Shown: positions 28,385-38,353 of the stretch, piece by piece
How positions within the stretch are numbered: the first letter of the stretch is position 1
How the letters are laid out: each line of letters begins with the position of its first letter
NCBI GenBank assembly: GCA_028287765.1
Contig: JAQBPA010000117.1
Location: 40,483-104,482 of the forward strand
Direction of reading: 5' to 3'
DNA from: Bacteriovoracaceae bacterium
GTDB lineage: Bacteria > Bdellovibrionota > UBA2394
DNA: 64,000 bases
Translations under genes and position numbers: made by a program
The notes under the pieces: model-generated
Told to the model about the DNA's origin: nothing
Databases searched by the model: none
The model's input: only the letters and a program-made list of their open reading frames with translations

Positions 28385-29449
28385 ATGAACAGTCGGGTTA
28401 AAGATCATCTCGAGAGCTGGAAGTCTGAAATGCAGTCCGCTTATCTTTATGACGAAATGTCAAAAATCGAGCCGCTCGACTCGAAGAGACGATGGCTTTT
28501 CGATAAACTCGCCTCTTGTGCTCGTCAGCAAGCAATCACTTGGGCGCGGCTCATTTCGGAAGAAACGCCTGACACCAAGGAGCCGCTCACATTTGTGCCA
28601 GATTTTCGTACTCGGCTCGTAAAACATCTCATTCACTTCTTTGGACCGCGAGCGATTAAGCCTGTCCTTTCTGCAATGAAACTTCGAGGGCTTGCTACCT
28701 ATTATCAGTTAGAAAAAAGCGCGACGCATGAGGCTCCGTCTGCCCACTCTAAAGAGAAAGCGCATCGTCTTACAAACAGGGGCGGAAATAATCTTCGGGC
28801 AGCAGTCTTTGGTGCAAATGACGGACTTCTTTCAAACGCGAGTTTGATCCTTGGAGTGTCAGGCGCATCACAAGATCCTGCCGTCATTTTGCTTTCAGGT
28901 GTGGCCGGCTTACTGGCCGGCGCATTCTCCATGGGAGCGGGCGAATATATTTCAGTAAAATCTCAGCGGGAACTTTTTGAGTACCAGATTGAGCTCGAAA
29001 AAAAGGAACTCGAAGAATATCCCGAAGAAGAAGCTGAAGAACTTGCTCTCATTTATCAGGCAAAAGGAATCTCTCCTGAGGAAGCCAAAAAAATAGCGGA
29101 TGCGCTTATCTCAAATCCTGAGCAAGCTCTCGATACTTTAGCTCGCGAGGAACTCGGAATCAGTCCGACCGAGCTCGGATCTCCGTGGGGAGCTGCCCTC
29201 TTTTCATTTTTTTCTTTTTCGGCAGGTGCGCTCGTTCCACTTTTTCCATTTTTTTGGATGACCGGTCAAAGAGGCCTACTCCTTTCAATTGCATTGACGG
29301 CAACAGCACTTTTTTTGATCGGCGCTACGCTGAGTCTCTTCACAGGTCAAAATGCCATTCGTGGCGGCATCCGAATGTTACTGATTGGAACGTTCACAGG
29401 TCTTGCGACTTATTGCATCGGCCGCATTTTTGGAATGAAGAACTTATAA
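28385..29449 (+). CDS. Erythrin-VIT1 (MbfA-like) protein with an N-terminal ferritin-like domain fused to a VIT1/CCC1 iron/manganese transporter
   Basis: The N-terminal helix is 'HLESWKSEMQSAYLYDEMSKIE'. The VIT motifs 'AVFGANDGLLSNASLILGVSGA' and 'AGAFSMGAGEYISVKSQREL' are followed by an E-rich linker and C-terminal TM helices. Confidence 0.7.
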   Translation: MNSRVKDHLESWKSEMQSAYLYDEMSKIEPLDSKRRWLFDKLASCARQQAITWARLISEETPDTKEPLTFVPDFRTRLVKHLIHFFGPRAIKPVLSAMKLRGLATYYQLEKSATHEAPSAHSKEKAHRLTNRGGNNLRAAVFGANDGLLSNASLILGVSGASQDPAVILLSGVAGLLAGAFSMGAGEYISVKSQRELFEYQIELEKKELEEYPEEEAEELALIYQAKGISPEEAKKIADALISNPEQALDTLAREELGISPTELGSPWGAALFSFFSFSAGALVPLFPFFWMTGQRGLLLSIALTATALFLIGATLSLFTGQNAIRGGIRMLLIGTFTGLATYCIGRIFGMKNL

Positions 29450-29452
29450 CGA

Positions 29453-30133
29453 TTAAAATCTAAGTCCGGCCATTAGTCCGATAGTTCCCGAATTATAAAT
29501 AGGAATTCTAGGAACATCGTAAAAGTCATGATCATAGATATCTGAATAATTAAACCATTCGAAACCCGATCCAAGATAATGAGAATCCGAAAGCACTGCT
29601 GAGATTTCTAGACGTCCAAAAAGATTCATCATTCCAAGAGCAAGCACTCCGTTTAACGCATAAAGTCCAGACTCATCAAAGCCATTTCCCCAATTTGATC
29701 CTGCTGCATAAATAACAAATCGGGGTTTCAGACTTATAAAAAACCCTCCAAGATTTACGGTGGCAAGTAAGTATGGCGATTGTACGAAACCGATTTCGGC
29801 ACCCGCTCCAAGTCCAAGAACTCCTACGGAGAGAATTGAATAATAGATATCGAGATTTGACATATACCAAAGCGACGAAAGATTTAATCCCAAATCGAAG
29901 GGGCCCATGATCTTTCCAAATTCAAAATCTAAATCCGACTCGATATGTCGATAGGATTCATTTGATTTTCCTACACGAGCGGCCAAAGAATGTTTGGAAC
30001 TTGCTTCGTCAAACGAAACACCGACGGTCACTGCACGAGCGGAACCACTCGCAAAATGTCGCCCGACACGCGGTGTAAATCCACAAAGAGAGATCCAAAT
30101 GAGAGGTAAAAACAGATACCAAAATATTTTCAT
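29453..30133 (-). CDS. Putative outer-membrane beta-barrel protein
   Basis: The ORF has a signal peptide, alternating amphipathic strands and a C-terminal '...GLMAGLRF' ending in Phe. Confidence 0.45.
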   Translation of the reverse strand: MKIFWYLFLPLIWISLCGFTPRVGRHFASGSARAVTVGVSFDEASSKHSLAARVGKSNESYRHIESDLDFEFGKIMGPFDLGLNLSSLWYMSNLDIYYSILSVGVLGLGAGAEIGFVQSPYLLATVNLGGFFISLKPRFVIYAAGSNWGNGFDESGLYALNGVLALGMMNLFGRLEISAVLSDSHYLGSGFEWFNYSDIYDHDFYDVPRIPIYNSGTIGLMAGLRF

Positions 30134-30238
30134 TGTTAACTCCTAAGAAAAGCAAAGTCTCATTTTCTCCTCTAAATGCCAATTCATATTGATGAGCACG
30201 GACGAGTAAGCCTATCGTTTAAGAATAGGAGGATCACT

Positions 30239-30844
30239 ATGTTCATATCTAATATTTTTACGTCTTTTTTGGTGTCAGTTCTAAGTGTAACGAATTTACC
30301 TCCGGCAGCCACGGTTCCGACGGCTCCCGAACGAGAAACCGTTTACGCCGGAAGATTAAGGGTTCCTGTTTTTGCTATTGGCGGAGAGACAACCGGAATC
30401 GGATTTGAAACGGCCGGCACGACGGTTGAACTCGTTTTAACTAAAGACGTGAAACAAGCTCTCAGCAACGTGGTTGATAAAACAGTTATTCGAATCTCCG
30501 GAAAAGACACGACGCTTTCCGGAGTTGAAACTCATGATCGCCCAGCTATCGATGTCGACTCGGTCACTCTCTTTTCTCACTATCCTACTTTTCAGGGAGT
30601 CATGAAGAATGTCATGGCGATTGGAGGCGAAACGACCGGGTATGTGATTGCGATTAAGAATCAAGCACGAAGACTTGAGTTAGATTTGCCAAAAGATTTA
30701 ATTGAAAATGCAAAGGCGCTCATTGCAAAATCTGCCGAAGTAAAAGTCTCCGGCATTCTTGAACATTATCGCGGAGTCGAAATCCCCATTCGATGGATTA
30801 TTACGGTTCAGAGTCTTGAAGAAGTTTTGCCAGTCTCAAAGTGA
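30239..30844 (+). CDS. Hypothetical membrane-anchored protein with an internal duplicated domain
   Basis: The ORF-track start is 30176, but the likely start is MFISNIFTSFLVSVLSV. The repeats are 'VFAIGGETTGIGFETAGTTVELVL' and 'VMAIGGETTGYVIAIKNQARRLEL'. Confidence 0.4.
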   Translation: MFISNIFTSFLVSVLSVTNLPPAATVPTAPERETVYAGRLRVPVFAIGGETTGIGFETAGTTVELVLTKDVKQALSNVVDKTVIRISGKDTTLSGVETHDRPAIDVDSVTLFSHYPTFQGVMKNVMAIGGETTGYVIAIKNQARRLELDLPKDLIENAKALIAKSAEVKVSGILEHYRGVEIPIRWIITVQSLEEVLPVSK

Positions 30845-30853
30845 GTGGTAAAT

Positions 30854-30890
30854 AAAAGACTGCCCGGCTCATTGGGCAGTCTTTTATTTT
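30854..30890. terminator. Bidirectional intrinsic terminator between convergent genes
   Basis: AAAAGACTGCCC-GGCTCATT-GGGCAGTCTTTT forms a perfect 12-bp stem flanked by T-runs on both strands. Confidence 0.65.
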
Positions 30891-30895
30891 AGTTT

Positions 30896-31279
30896 TTACT
30901 GGTCAACGAGCAGCGCGGCGGGAATATCCATTAAGAATTTTTCGCCGTCTTCTGTGCTCACCTTTTGAATATTGAACAGGTCGACTTCCATTCCAAAAAG
31001 ATCTGCAATCTTTCGAACTGTGAACTGATCCGGCACTGCTAACGTAAGAATTTGATCTCTGTCTTGTTCGCTTGCGCACTGGATGAGTTTCGCCGCCTCT
31101 TTTGCAAATTTACGGCTTTGATAAATGCTCACGGATTCGTCTTTCGTTTTCTCCGCGACAGATCGCTTCATTAAAAGTTCTGCACCTTTTAATTGCTCCG
31201 CAGCCATCATGGGCGTCGTTGAAAGAATGACGAGTGCGATGAGCGCCAGTAAATTCTTAATTGATTTCATTTTTTTCAT
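30896..31279 (-). CDS. Small hypothetical secreted protein
   Basis: The signal peptide is 'MKKMKSIKNLLALIALVILSTTPMMAAEQ'. The ORF is 127 aa. Confidence 0.4.
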   Translation of the reverse strand: MKKMKSIKNLLALIALVILSTTPMMAAEQLKGAELLMKRSVAEKTKDESVSIYQSRKFAKEAAKLIQCASEQDRDQILTLAVPDQFTVRKIADLFGMEVDLFNIQKVSTEDGEKFLMDIPAALLVDQ

Positions 31280-31431
31280 TTTTATTTCTCCTGTTTTTGA
31301 TTGATGTTTTTCCCACCACGGGAATCACGGCGACTACAGGAGCAAGTCGCGTGCCAAGCGCTCAGTTACGAATAAAAGCCAAAAACGGGGATCGATATTG
31401 CCGGAAATGGACTCCTCTTCGGCGGAAATCT

Positions 31432-34400
31432 TTATTTCAAAACTTCAGTTCTAGAAAATAAGCTATAAAACGCCGGAACGACAAAAAGAGTGAGCAAAGT
31501 AGAAACGAGAACGCCGCCGATAACCGCAATGGCCATCGGAGTGCGACTTTCTGCTCCGGGGCCAAAAGAAATGGCCGCCGGAATTGCGCCGGCAATGGTG
31601 GCAACGGAGGTCATTAAAATCGGACGCAGTCGAACAGGACATGCTTCAAGTAAAGCATCATGAACGGAGTTTTGTTTTTGCGCCCTCACTTGATTAGTAA
31701 AGTCTACGAGCAGAATGGAATTCTTTTTGACGATACCCATCAAGAGAATCAGACCAATCATACTGTAGATATTAATCGACTGATGCGCAATTAAGAGAGC
31801 CACGAACGCGCCTGACACACTAAACGGTAGTGCCATGAGCACCGTGAGTGGATCGACGAAACTATTAAACTGAGATGCGAGCACCATATACGCAACAAAA
31901 AGCCCGAGAATGAGAGCCAAAATTAAACTCTGAAAAGTTTCCGAAAAAGTTTGCGAACTTCCACTAAAAGAAATGTGATATTCAGGCGGAAGAATATTTT
32001 TGGAAATCGTCTCGACACTTTGCAAAGCTTTTTGCTGCGATTCGCCGGCTTTCACATTGGCGTAGATCGTGACCGATCTTTCTCGCTCTCTTCTCGAAAT
32101 GCTCACCATGGCGGGCTTTTCTTCGACGGTAACGATGTCGGAGAGCGGAACGAGTTGATCGCGATTATTACGCACAAAAAGACTGTTCACTTTTTTGAGT
32201 GGCTCTTCGTTACTCTCTTCTAACTTCAGACGAATATCGTAGCGATGTCCTCCCTTCGGATAGCGTCCGACGAGAACACCTCCGATCATCGCGTTCACCG
32301 TTTCATCAATGCTCGCGATACTAACGCCATGATCTGCAGCCTTTTGCCTGTCGGGAAGAACATGAAGTTCGGGCATGCCCACTTGATAGTCGGTATCGAG
32401 GTCTGTCATGAGACCCGTCTTATCGAGAGCCTCCATGATTTGATGCGAATATTTTGCGAGGTCATCCCATTCAGGACCTTGCACCGTGAATTCCACAGGA
32501 AATCCTCGCGACGCTACGAAAGTTTTTTGCGAGAGATCTTGAATGACCGCACGAACATCAGGGATTTTATTAAATTCCTTTCGACAGACGGCCATAAATT
32601 CTTGCTGACTGAGCTCATGGCCAGCCGCTTGATCAACCCCTCGATGACCGCGATCTTTCATCGTCACAAGAACCGAGCCGCTATTCGAATCGCCAGGCGA
32701 ACCCCCACCCACCTGTAAAACATAGCGATCGATTTCAGATCTTTGAGAGAGAAATTTTTCAACTTCCTGAAATTTTAAATCAGAATAAGTGAGCGAGGAG
32801 CCGATGGGTGTTTTAAGGCGAACATTAAAACGGCTCTGATCTTCAGACGGCAGGAATTCTTTGTTAAGAAAAAAAATACTCGAAAGGCTTATTCCAAAAA
32901 AAACAAGCGCAACCACAATCACTTGCCAGCTTCTTTTTAAAGTCCAAATTAAAGATCGACTATAAAAATCCGTGATCTTGTTTAAAAGATGTTCCATCAA
33001 ACTGCCGAGCCGAGTTTTTCTCCCGCCAATTTCGACAAACTGAGAGCAGCGCATCGGTGTCAGCGTAAGAGCTTCGACGAGCGAAAGCAAAACGGCAACT
33101 GTCATGGTGACACCAAATTGAAAGAAGAATTTTCCGATAATGCCTTTCATGAACGCGACCGGTAAAAAGATAGCAACAATTGAGATTGTTGCGGCCAAGG
33201 CGGCAAAAGTAATTTCTTTAGCTCCAACGAGTGCGGCTTCGAGTTTGTCTTTTCCTCGTTCCTGATGGCGAATGATATTTTCAAGCACCATGATCGCATC
33301 ATCGACAACAATTCCGATCGAGAGACTGAGTCCTAGAAGCGTAAAAGTATTCAAAGTGAAGCCGGCAAAATAAAGCACAATGAATGTACCAATAATAGAA
33401 GTCGGAATCGAAAGGAGAACGTTAAAAGTGGACGACCAAGATCCTAAAAACATCCAGCAGACGAGAGCCGTGAGAAGGGCCGAAAGCAAAAGGGTGAGAT
33501 CAAGTTCCTGAACCGCTTGCTCGATATAGCGAGTGCTGTCGAAGTTAACGGCGAGGTGCATGCCCTCGGGAAGGCTTTTCTGAATTTCTACAATTTTTGC
33601 ACGAACCGCCTTTGCCACTTCAACAGCATTCGAGCCACGTTGCTTTCGAATTCCAAGCCCAACGCCAGGAACGCCCATCGCTCGGCTGATCCGTGTGGGA
33701 TCGGCCAATCCCTCCTCTATTCTTGCGATTTGCTTGAGTGGAATCGGCGCATAATTCGGCTGCCCTCCGCGCTTATTAAGAAATAATTTCTCAAATTGTC
33801 CAACCGATGTTGCTTCTCCAAGAGTGCGAACGAAGAGCTGTCGTCTTCCGCTTTCGACTTGTCCTGCAGGAGACTCCGAATGTTCCGTTTGAACCAAATT
33901 AATAACGTCCGAAACCGTTAGACTATAATGATTGAGCTGCTTCTCAGAAACCCAAACACGCAGATTGGGATCTGTATATCCTGTGAGCGTAATATCCCCA
34001 ACGCCCGCAACCATTGAAAACTGATCTTTCAATCGATCATTCACATATGACATTAAATATTTGAGCGGATATTTGTTGGTGTCGAGGGTGAGCAAAATTA
34101 TCGGTTGATCTTCAGGATTTATTTTTGAAATCGTTGGGGGAGATATTTCTCTCGGGAGCTTCTGTTGAATCTGAGCCACCTTCGCTTGCACATCTTGAAC
34201 GGCAAGATCGATATCGCGGTTCAGCTCAAACTCGACGGTAATCGTGCCCTCACTATTTTCTGAATTCGAAGTGACGCTTCGCACACCTTGAATTCCCATC
34301 ACAGCGTCTTCAATAAGATCGACGACTTCGGTTTCGATCACACTCGGTGCTGCACCTTCAAGGCGAATATTGACCGAAACAACCGGAAAATCGACATCCG

Positions 34401-34512
34401 GCAGCTGACTAATCCCCATGCGGAAAAAAGAAATTCCGCCAAAGATGATGAGTCCGGTCATCAGCATCCATGCAAAGACAGGACGGCGAATAGAGAGTTC
34501 CGAGAGAGACAT
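31432..34512 (-). CDS. RND-superfamily efflux transporter (AcrB/HAE1-like)
   Basis: The 1026-aa ORF shows 12-TM architecture with two large periplasmic loops and the typical N-terminus 'MSLSELSIRRPVFAWMLMTGLIIFGGISFFRMGISQLPDVDFPVVSV'. Confidence 0.9.
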   Translation of the reverse strand: MSLSELSIRRPVFAWMLMTGLIIFGGISFFRMGISQLPDVDFPVVSVNIRLEGAAPSVIETEVVDLIEDAVMGIQGVRSVTSNSENSEGTITVEFELNRDIDLAVQDVQAKVAQIQQKLPREISPPTISKINPEDQPIILLTLDTNKYPLKYLMSYVNDRLKDQFSMVAGVGDITLTGYTDPNLRVWVSEKQLNHYSLTVSDVINLVQTEHSESPAGQVESGRRQLFVRTLGEATSVGQFEKLFLNKRGGQPNYAPIPLKQIARIEEGLADPTRISRAMGVPGVGLGIRKQRGSNAVEVAKAVRAKIVEIQKSLPEGMHLAVNFDSTRYIEQAVQELDLTLLLSALLTALVCWMFLGSWSSTFNVLLSIPTSIIGTFIVLYFAGFTLNTFTLLGLSLSIGIVVDDAIMVLENIIRHQERGKDKLEAALVGAKEITFAALAATISIVAIFLPVAFMKGIIGKFFFQFGVTMTVAVLLSLVEALTLTPMRCSQFVEIGGRKTRLGSLMEHLLNKITDFYSRSLIWTLKRSWQVIVVALVFFGISLSSIFFLNKEFLPSEDQSRFNVRLKTPIGSSLTYSDLKFQEVEKFLSQRSEIDRYVLQVGGGSPGDSNSGSVLVTMKDRGHRGVDQAAGHELSQQEFMAVCRKEFNKIPDVRAVIQDLSQKTFVASRGFPVEFTVQGPEWDDLAKYSHQIMEALDKTGLMTDLDTDYQVGMPELHVLPDRQKAADHGVSIASIDETVNAMIGGVLVGRYPKGGHRYDIRLKLEESNEEPLKKVNSLFVRNNRDQLVPLSDIVTVEEKPAMVSISRRERERSVTIYANVKAGESQQKALQSVETISKNILPPEYHISFSGSSQTFSETFQSLILALILGLFVAYMVLASQFNSFVDPLTVLMALPFSVSGAFVALLIAHQSINIYSMIGLILLMGIVKKNSILLVDFTNQVRAQKQNSVHDALLEACPVRLRPILMTSVATIAGAIPAAISFGPGAESRTPMAIAVIGGVLVSTLLTLFVVPAFYSLFSRTEVLK

Positions 34513-34662
34513 GCTTCTTTAATTTTATATGAGTTTCAAAGCGATAACCTGATTAAATGCCCCTAACACAAAAGAAGAGATAGAAGCGGCACGTCAAAAC
34601 TATTTTTGATTGATGAGGAGCATTCAGTGACAGTTGCGGACGACCTATGTTAAAAAAATCGG

Positions 34663-35403
34663 ATGTTTCTTCGAGGGGGCTTACTACTTTCTTTGTCTTT
34701 TTTATTATGTTCGTCTTTTCAAAGAGTCGCCGCCGCGGATTCGCCTCTTCGAGAAATTCTAGAAAGACGTAGAGCCATCGCCACCATCTCGTTGTCGGAA
34801 GACGTCGATCTAACTTTTTTTCCTGCCTTTTTAAGACATCTTCATGAAAGTTTGTCGGATTCTCAAAAAGCTCTTCAATATGATCTCCGTTATTTTAGTG
34901 TTGAACATGATGCTCAGGGAGAGGAGCTGAGAAAATTAAAAAATCGAATGGTCTCCACTGGGTTCATATTTGAAATTCTCGGATCAAAAGCAATCTGGGA
35001 TAAAACTTCTCTCCTCTTAGTTGATGGAGCTTATTTTTCTTACCTGACTCACGTTCGCGGTCTGGACCATGAAGAAGCTACCAAAAAATCTAGGCAAGCC
35101 GCCCTGGCAGCTAAAGATACTTTTAAGCACTTTAAAGATGAAACATTCATCCAGAGCATTCATAATCGCGACGAGATTATTTCAACTTACGGAATCGTCG
35201 TGAAGCAATTCATAGAAGAAAAGATTCCGGCCTACGCAGACCAAAGTTATCTGGATTTACTCGGCGGCTCACTTCAAGAAATCTTGATTGCTCTTGGAAA
35301 ATGGAAGCTTCAACGACAAAAGAGTTTTGATTTGGCGAAGCATACGCTTGATGGCATAAAGCCGGAGTGCAACCTGAAATTGAAAAAAGTCTCAAAATAC
35401 TAA
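34663..35403 (+). CDS. Hypothetical secreted protein
   Basis: The signal peptide is 'MFLRGGLLLSLSFLLCSSFQRVAAAD'. No recognisable domain. Confidence 0.35.
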   Translation: MFLRGGLLLSLSFLLCSSFQRVAAADSPLREILERRRAIATISLSEDVDLTFFPAFLRHLHESLSDSQKALQYDLRYFSVEHDAQGEELRKLKNRMVSTGFIFEILGSKAIWDKTSLLLVDGAYFSYLTHVRGLDHEEATKKSRQAALAAKDTFKHFKDETFIQSIHNRDEIISTYGIVVKQFIEEKIPAYADQSYLDLLGGSLQEILIALGKWKLQRQKSFDLAKHTLDGIKPECNLKLKKVSKY

Positions 35404-35425
35404 ATCACTCGCAATAATTTTGAAA

Positions 35426-35932
35426 TTACAACTCGTTCTTCAACAATTTCTTGAGCAATTTTATTCCGTCGATCCACGTAAAAATTCCAACGAGATCTTC
35501 GCCGTCTGCTACTAAAGCACAGCCCATTTTATTTTTATGCATGGTTTCACAGACTTCGGAGAGAAGTGCGCTGGGAGAAACGGTATAAGGAAGTGGAAGA
35601 TAACCATCTCGGACCGTCGCCGTTTGAAGCTCGACATCCCGGTATGTTTTTACAAGCGTGATATCTCGATCCGTGATAATTCCGACGAGCCTTCCTTCGA
35701 GAACAACCGGAAGATGTCGAATCTCAAGTTCTTTCATTTGTTTTTCGGCTTCAAAAAGTGGGCTATTTAATTCTATTGTAAGCGGATTCGGAGTCATGAA
35801 CTCGTGAATCTGACGAGTGTTGGATTTCGCTTCTACAGATCGATGTGGCAATGGGATCGGATTAAAATCAATTTTCGCCAGACCTTTTTGCTTAGATTTT
35901 CTCTTAGGAATCCCCATGCTCTTTACCCCCAC
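35426..35932 (-). CDS. CBS-pair domain protein
   Basis: CBS-like motifs 'IRHLPVVLEGRLVGIITDRDI' and 'GCALVADGEDLVGIFTWIDGIKLL' are present. Confidence 0.6.
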   Translation of the reverse strand: MGVKSMGIPKRKSKQKGLAKIDFNPIPLPHRSVEAKSNTRQIHEFMTPNPLTIELNSPLFEAEKQMKELEIRHLPVVLEGRLVGIITDRDITLVKTYRDVELQTATVRDGYLPLPYTVSPSALLSEVCETMHKNKMGCALVADGEDLVGIFTWIDGIKLLKKLLKNEL

Positions 35933-36029
35933 AATGCGATCGACCGACTACCTTACTAGTCTCTAAGAAAAACATTGTTTTGCCTAGATGGGAAGTTTTG
36001 CCAATCTTCTCACGAGCTTGCCCCCGCTT

Positions 36030-36935
36030 TCATTTCAGCTCTGAAACAAAACTCTTCAACGCGGTCCAAGCATTTTTACTCTCCCGAAGAAAGGGAAGTA
36101 GCAAAATCCACACATGCTGCATCTGCTGACCAATAAATAATTTACTCTTCGCATTTTGGTTTTTTTCTGAAGCGAATAAACGAATGGCGTCATCCGAAAG
36201 AACTTCCTGATCTCCCGCGAAAACCATGAGCGGGCAGATTCCACTAAAATCTCCAAAATGAGGCGACAAATAAGGATGAGATTTATTTGCATTGCCAGCA
36301 TACCACGCGCTCCACGAATCCAACTGCTCCTTCGAGAGCCAAACATCCCGAGCTCTATTGGCCGTCATGGACGTCCCGCTTCCGAGTAAATCCGTCCACG
36401 GAGACATTAAAAATGCGCCTTTCGGAAGTGAAATTTTCTCATCACGAAGTTTTAAAAGTAGAGCCAAAGCTAGCCCGCCACCAGCTGAATCTCCTCCGAT
36501 GAGCAAAGGCAAATCAGAATAAGACTCTTGAATCATTTTGTATGCTGAAACAGCATCGTCCAGCCCTGCGGGATAAGGATTCTCCGGACAAAGGCGATAA
36601 TCTAAAAGAAAAACTTTGGCGTCGAGTTGATGGGCCATCTCCAAAGCACTTGCGCGGTAGGAATGAATCGAGCCCATAAAATAACCGCCGCCGTGCAAAT
36701 AAAATAAATTCCACGAAGGCGAATCGGATGCCGTAATGATTTCCGCTTTGCAATTTCCGAGCCGAACCGAACGAAATTCAGATTTAGGAAATTCTTTTTT
36801 CAATTTCTTGATTGAAATGCCGGCCAAACGATCGAAATTTTTCCGAAGCCTGTCACGTGAGTAAGAGGGACTAAAGGCGAAACGACAAACGATGCCCCAT
36901 CCAAAATTCGCCAGTCGCGCCACAATTTTTTGCAT
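36030..36935 (-). CDS. Alpha/beta-hydrolase fold esterase/lipase (HSL/fold-3 type)
   Basis: The oxyanion motif is 'FYLHGGGYFMGS' and the nucleophile motif is 'LLIGGDSAGGGLA'. Confidence 0.75.
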   Translation of the reverse strand: MQKIVARLANFGWGIVCRFAFSPSYSRDRLRKNFDRLAGISIKKLKKEFPKSEFRSVRLGNCKAEIITASDSPSWNLFYLHGGGYFMGSIHSYRASALEMAHQLDAKVFLLDYRLCPENPYPAGLDDAVSAYKMIQESYSDLPLLIGGDSAGGGLALALLLKLRDEKISLPKGAFLMSPWTDLLGSGTSMTANRARDVWLSKEQLDSWSAWYAGNANKSHPYLSPHFGDFSGICPLMVFAGDQEVLSDDAIRLFASEKNQNAKSKLFIGQQMQHVWILLLPFLRESKNAWTALKSFVSELK

Positions 36936-37174
36936 ATCTAAATTTAAAGTGGATATGAAGTCTGGTCAACGCTCTCGACTCTCAAAAAATTTATCTTTTA
37001 AGCGAGACTCTTTAGCTCGAGAGGAGGTGGCGTTCTCAAGAAACGGATGTAGAATATGGAGTAAATTTGAGAAACGGATCCTTCACCCATATGAAGGGCG
37101 CTTTGCCAAGAGTCTGACCAAAGTTAGGGCCTAAAAGATTGGCGAAGATCTGCTTTATTCAATAAATCAATCTT

Positions 37175-38275
37175 ATGAGACCACTCATTTATTTTAGCGT
37201 CGTTTTATTTCGATTATTTTACGGCGCACTCTTTGCAGATACCCTGTCGTCAATTCAATTGCCGCCGGGATTTTCAATTTCCATTTTTGCCGAAGGCCTC
37301 GACAAGCCGCGTGAGATGGCTCTTGGAAATAAGGGAACCGTTTTTGTTGGATCAATGGACGACAAAGTTTACGCACTCACCTTCGATCCACATTCTCCAC
37401 AAAAAGCCAAAGAGAAATATATCATGGCTCAAAACTTAAACACTCCAAACGGAGTTGCTTTTGTCGGCGAAGATCTCTTTATTGCCGAGATTTCTCAAAT
37501 CGATAAATTGGCTGCGATCGAATCGAATCTGACGCATCCTACCAAATTACAGATTGTTAATGCGACCTATCCAAAAGATGAACAGCACGGATGGAAATAT
37601 ATCGCGCTGGGTCCGGACGGTTGGCTTTATATTCCGATTGGAGCTCCTTGTAATGTTTGTAAACCCAAAGATCCTTATGCCACGATAACGCGAATGAAGT
37701 TAGATGGATCGAAAAAAGAAATTTATGCGCGCGGAATTCGAAATACCGTCGGCTTCGACTGGGATCCTCTCACGAAGCAACTGTGGTTTACAGATAACGG
37801 GCGCGATATGCTCGGCGATAATACTCCTCCAGATGAACTGAATCATGCACCGAAAGCAGGAATGAATTTTGGATATCCTTATTGTCACGGCAAATCAGTT
37901 TCAGATCCTGAATTCGGTAAAGAACATTCCTGCTCAGAATTTACGCCTCCCGCGATTGAATTGGGTCCCCATGTTGCATCGCTTGGAATGCTTTTTTATC
38001 AAGGCAAAATATTTCCTGCGGAATATCAAAATCAAATTTTTATTGCTGAGCACGGCTCCTGGAATCGCACTCGTCCGATCGGTTATCGAGTTAGCCTTGT
38101 TAAACTTGATTCCAAACGAAATCCTACAAATTATTCCGTTTTTGCAAGTGGCTGGTTGAGTCCTGATGAAAAAGTTAGTGGACGACCTGTTGCTCTTTTA
38201 ATGCTCCCCGATGGGTCTCTTCTCGTTTCGGACGATTATGGTGGGAGAATTTATCGAATTACTTATTCGAAGTAG
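37175..38275 (+). CDS. Secreted PQQ-dependent sugar (sorbosone/glucose) dehydrogenase-like beta-propeller protein
   Basis: The ORF has a signal peptide and GSDH-like segments 'LNTPNGVAFVGEDLFIAE' and 'DGSLLVSDDYGGRIYRITY'. Confidence 0.55.
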   Translation: MRPLIYFSVVLFRLFYGALFADTLSSIQLPPGFSISIFAEGLDKPREMALGNKGTVFVGSMDDKVYALTFDPHSPQKAKEKYIMAQNLNTPNGVAFVGEDLFIAEISQIDKLAAIESNLTHPTKLQIVNATYPKDEQHGWKYIALGPDGWLYIPIGAPCNVCKPKDPYATITRMKLDGSKKEIYARGIRNTVGFDWDPLTKQLWFTDNGRDMLGDNTPPDELNHAPKAGMNFGYPYCHGKSVSDPEFGKEHSCSEFTPPAIELGPHVASLGMLFYQGKIFPAEYQNQIFIAEHGSWNRTRPIGYRVSLVKLDSKRNPTNYSVFASGWLSPDEKVSGRPVALLMLPDGSLLVSDDYGGRIYRITYSK

Positions 38276-38353
38276 TTTGCTGTGACATAAAAAATACTTT
38301 GGACCTTAGCCAGAAGAGTTCGACTGAGAAATAGGTGAATTTTAATTTAACTT

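Noticed and set aside
31951-32718. + strand ORFs (90 aa and 157 aa) inside the RND pump gene
   Set aside because: They are antisense shadow ORFs within a 1026-aa gene with a clear AcrB-like translation.
36892-37134. An 80-aa ORF in the esterase/PQQ-dehydrogenase intergenic region
   Set aside because: It overlaps the esterase start and promoter region, and has no RBS or recognisable motif. It is likely spurious.
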